Shown here: positions 62,882 to 64,000 of the stretch, in pieces
How the letters are laid out: each line of letters begins with the position of its first letter
Numbering within the stretch: position 1 is the stretch's first letter
IMG/VR virus record: IMGVR_UViG_2895374923_000003
Coordinates: 1 to 64,000 of that record
Origin: a virus
Lineage: Duplodnaviria > Caudoviricetes
DNA: 64,000 nt
Direction: 5' to 3' (one strand)
Made by a program: the position numbers and the translations under genes
Notes under the pieces: generated by a model
Database searches by the model: none
Told to the model about the DNA's origin: nothing
The model's input: only the letters and a program-made list of their open reading frames with translations

Positions 62882-63481
62882 ATGGACACCCAGGCACCCG
62901 CGCCCCTCCCAGCGGTCGGCGAAACCATCACCCTCCCGTACACCGCCCGCGCAACCATCAAGGCCGAGATCGTCATGTGGGGGGATGCGAAGGACTCCAC
63001 GTGGAGGGTCTGTGTCGCCAAGGGGGCACGACGTGACAGCCCCCACAAGACGAGGTTCGCCGTCTTCGCCATCGAGACCACCGACACGCAGCGCACGCCC
63101 CGCTTCGTCATCTGGCACACGAAAGACGCGATGTGGCGCACCTACCGCGAGCGCTTCACCTCCGCCGTCTACCGGGCCGTGGTCGGCCTCACCCACTACG
63201 TGAGGTACCTCGACGGGCAAGACGTCCGCATCCCGCTGACGTTCCTGGAACTGCGCGGTCAGGGCTGTTTCCGCATCCTGGGGCCTGACTTCACCGCCGT
63301 ACTGGAGCACCACGGAGGCCGCCGCTACAGCCTTCACTACGGCCCCCAGGGCGAGGTCGCCGAATCGATGCCGGTCAAGGGGCGCAACCACGCCCTCCAG
63401 GCTCTGGCTGCCTTCCACGAATTGCCGGCAGATCGGCTCGACGCCGTCGACTACAAGGGCGACCCGCTGACCTCCCGTTAG
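62882..63481 (+). CDS. Hypothetical (probably early) protein
   Basis: ATG 62882 after GAAGGA; 199 aa. Confidence 0.7.
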   Translation: MDTQAPAPLPAVGETITLPYTARATIKAEIVMWGDAKDSTWRVCVAKGARRDSPHKTRFAVFAIETTDTQRTPRFVIWHTKDAMWRTYRERFTSAVYRAVVGLTHYVRYLDGQDVRIPLTFLELRGQGCFRILGPDFTAVLEHHGGRRYSLHYGPQGEVAESMPVKGRNHALQALAAFHELPADRLDAVDYKGDPLTSR

Positions 63482-63547
63482 ACCGCAACAGGCCCGCCTC
63501 ACCAGCGGGCCCGCCACCTCCACCACCCACCACCGAAGGAAGCCGTC

Positions 63548-63883
63548 ATGCGCCACGACCCCCGCCCGCCCTACCAGCCGGGCGACACCCTCTCAGGCAT
63601 GTACTTCGACCGGGGGACCACACTCGGCCCGGTCGTCGTCACCTCGTGCGTGATGGATGCCAGCGCGGCACACGGGACGCGCTGGAAGATCCAGGGCACC
63701 GCTTCGACCTCCGGCGGACCCAAGCCGGTGTCCTACACCGTCAACCGCAACGGCGAGTCCGACTACTGCTCGCCGCGCCGCTGCCGCGTGTGCAAAGGCC
63801 AGGGAACCGTTCGGCTCAACGACGGGGCATGGCCCCCAGTTTGGGCCTGCGACACCCACCAGCACGACCCCATCAAGCTCTGA
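63548..63883 (+). CDS. Hypothetical protein with Cys motif
   Basis: GAAGGA RBS; CRVCKG...CDTH. Confidence 0.65.
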   Translation: MRHDPRPPYQPGDTLSGMYFDRGTTLGPVVVTSCVMDASAAHGTRWKIQGTASTSGGPKPVSYTVNRNGESDYCSPRRCRVCKGQGTVRLNDGAWPPVWACDTHQHDPIKL

Positions 63884-63975
63884 CGAGCCCTCCGCAGGCC
63901 GGACCCAGCCGGGCCCGGCCCGCCGGGGAGTCCGCCAGGACTGCCACCAAACACCGCCACCGAAGGAATCCGCCC

Positions 63976-64000
63976 ATGCTGACGATCGCCCGCAACCGCA
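63976..64000 (+). CDS. Start of a CDS truncated by the window end
   Basis: CACCGAAGGAATCCGCCCATG leader like neighbouring genes. Confidence 0.5.

Noticed and set aside
1-64000. tRNA, rRNA, integrase, IS elements, purZ, preQ0 synthesis genes, inteins in terL/dnaB/polA/nrdJ/recA
   Set aside because: None recognised by eye and the enzymes have normal lengths. tRNAscan/Infernal were not run, and such genes may lie outside the window.

Overview
The whole window is one segment of a large, high-GC (roughly 70% by eye) actinobacterial contractile-tailed phage. Its gene set resembles Streptomyces phage BRock, Rhodococcus phage E3 and mycobacteriophage cluster C; that resemblance is recalled, not searched. 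1-29.8 kb: packaging, head, neck, sheath, tube, baseplate, fibre genes and holin. 29.9-50.2 kb: replication, recombination and nucleotide metabolism (Rep initiator with iterons, DnaC-like loader, DnaB, primase, SNF2 helicase, SSB, PolA, class II RNR, RecA, two resolvases, WhiB, Cas4-like nuclease, ThyX, dNMP kinase). 50.3-60.2 kb: accessory block (SpoVS homolog, small proteins, CHAP endolysin, nucleotidyltransferase, degenerate HAD, TGT/DpdA-like protein). 60.4-64 kb: divergently transcribed, probably early genes. I saw no integrase, tRNA, rRNA or CRISPR array. Strongest unexplained observations: (1) a fibre paralog split into two coupled genes by a 449-nt out-of-frame insert that gives each half a related WIG helical segment, a possible docking pair; (2) an NTase/HAD/TGT-like locus whose TGT catalytic Asp looks replaced by Ala; (3) an AGTTGRTAY box shared by the rep iterons, the replication-operon promoter and the TGT-like gene; (4) a UUU_CGC +1 frameshift candidate in the tail chaperone; (5) a baseplate spike fused to a peptidase-S74-type chaperone; (6) an AUC-start candidate and an unlisted 55-aa acidic antisense gene. 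All homology calls come from motif recognition by eye. Start codons were re-chosen from RBS and gene overlaps where the ORF track is over-extended.
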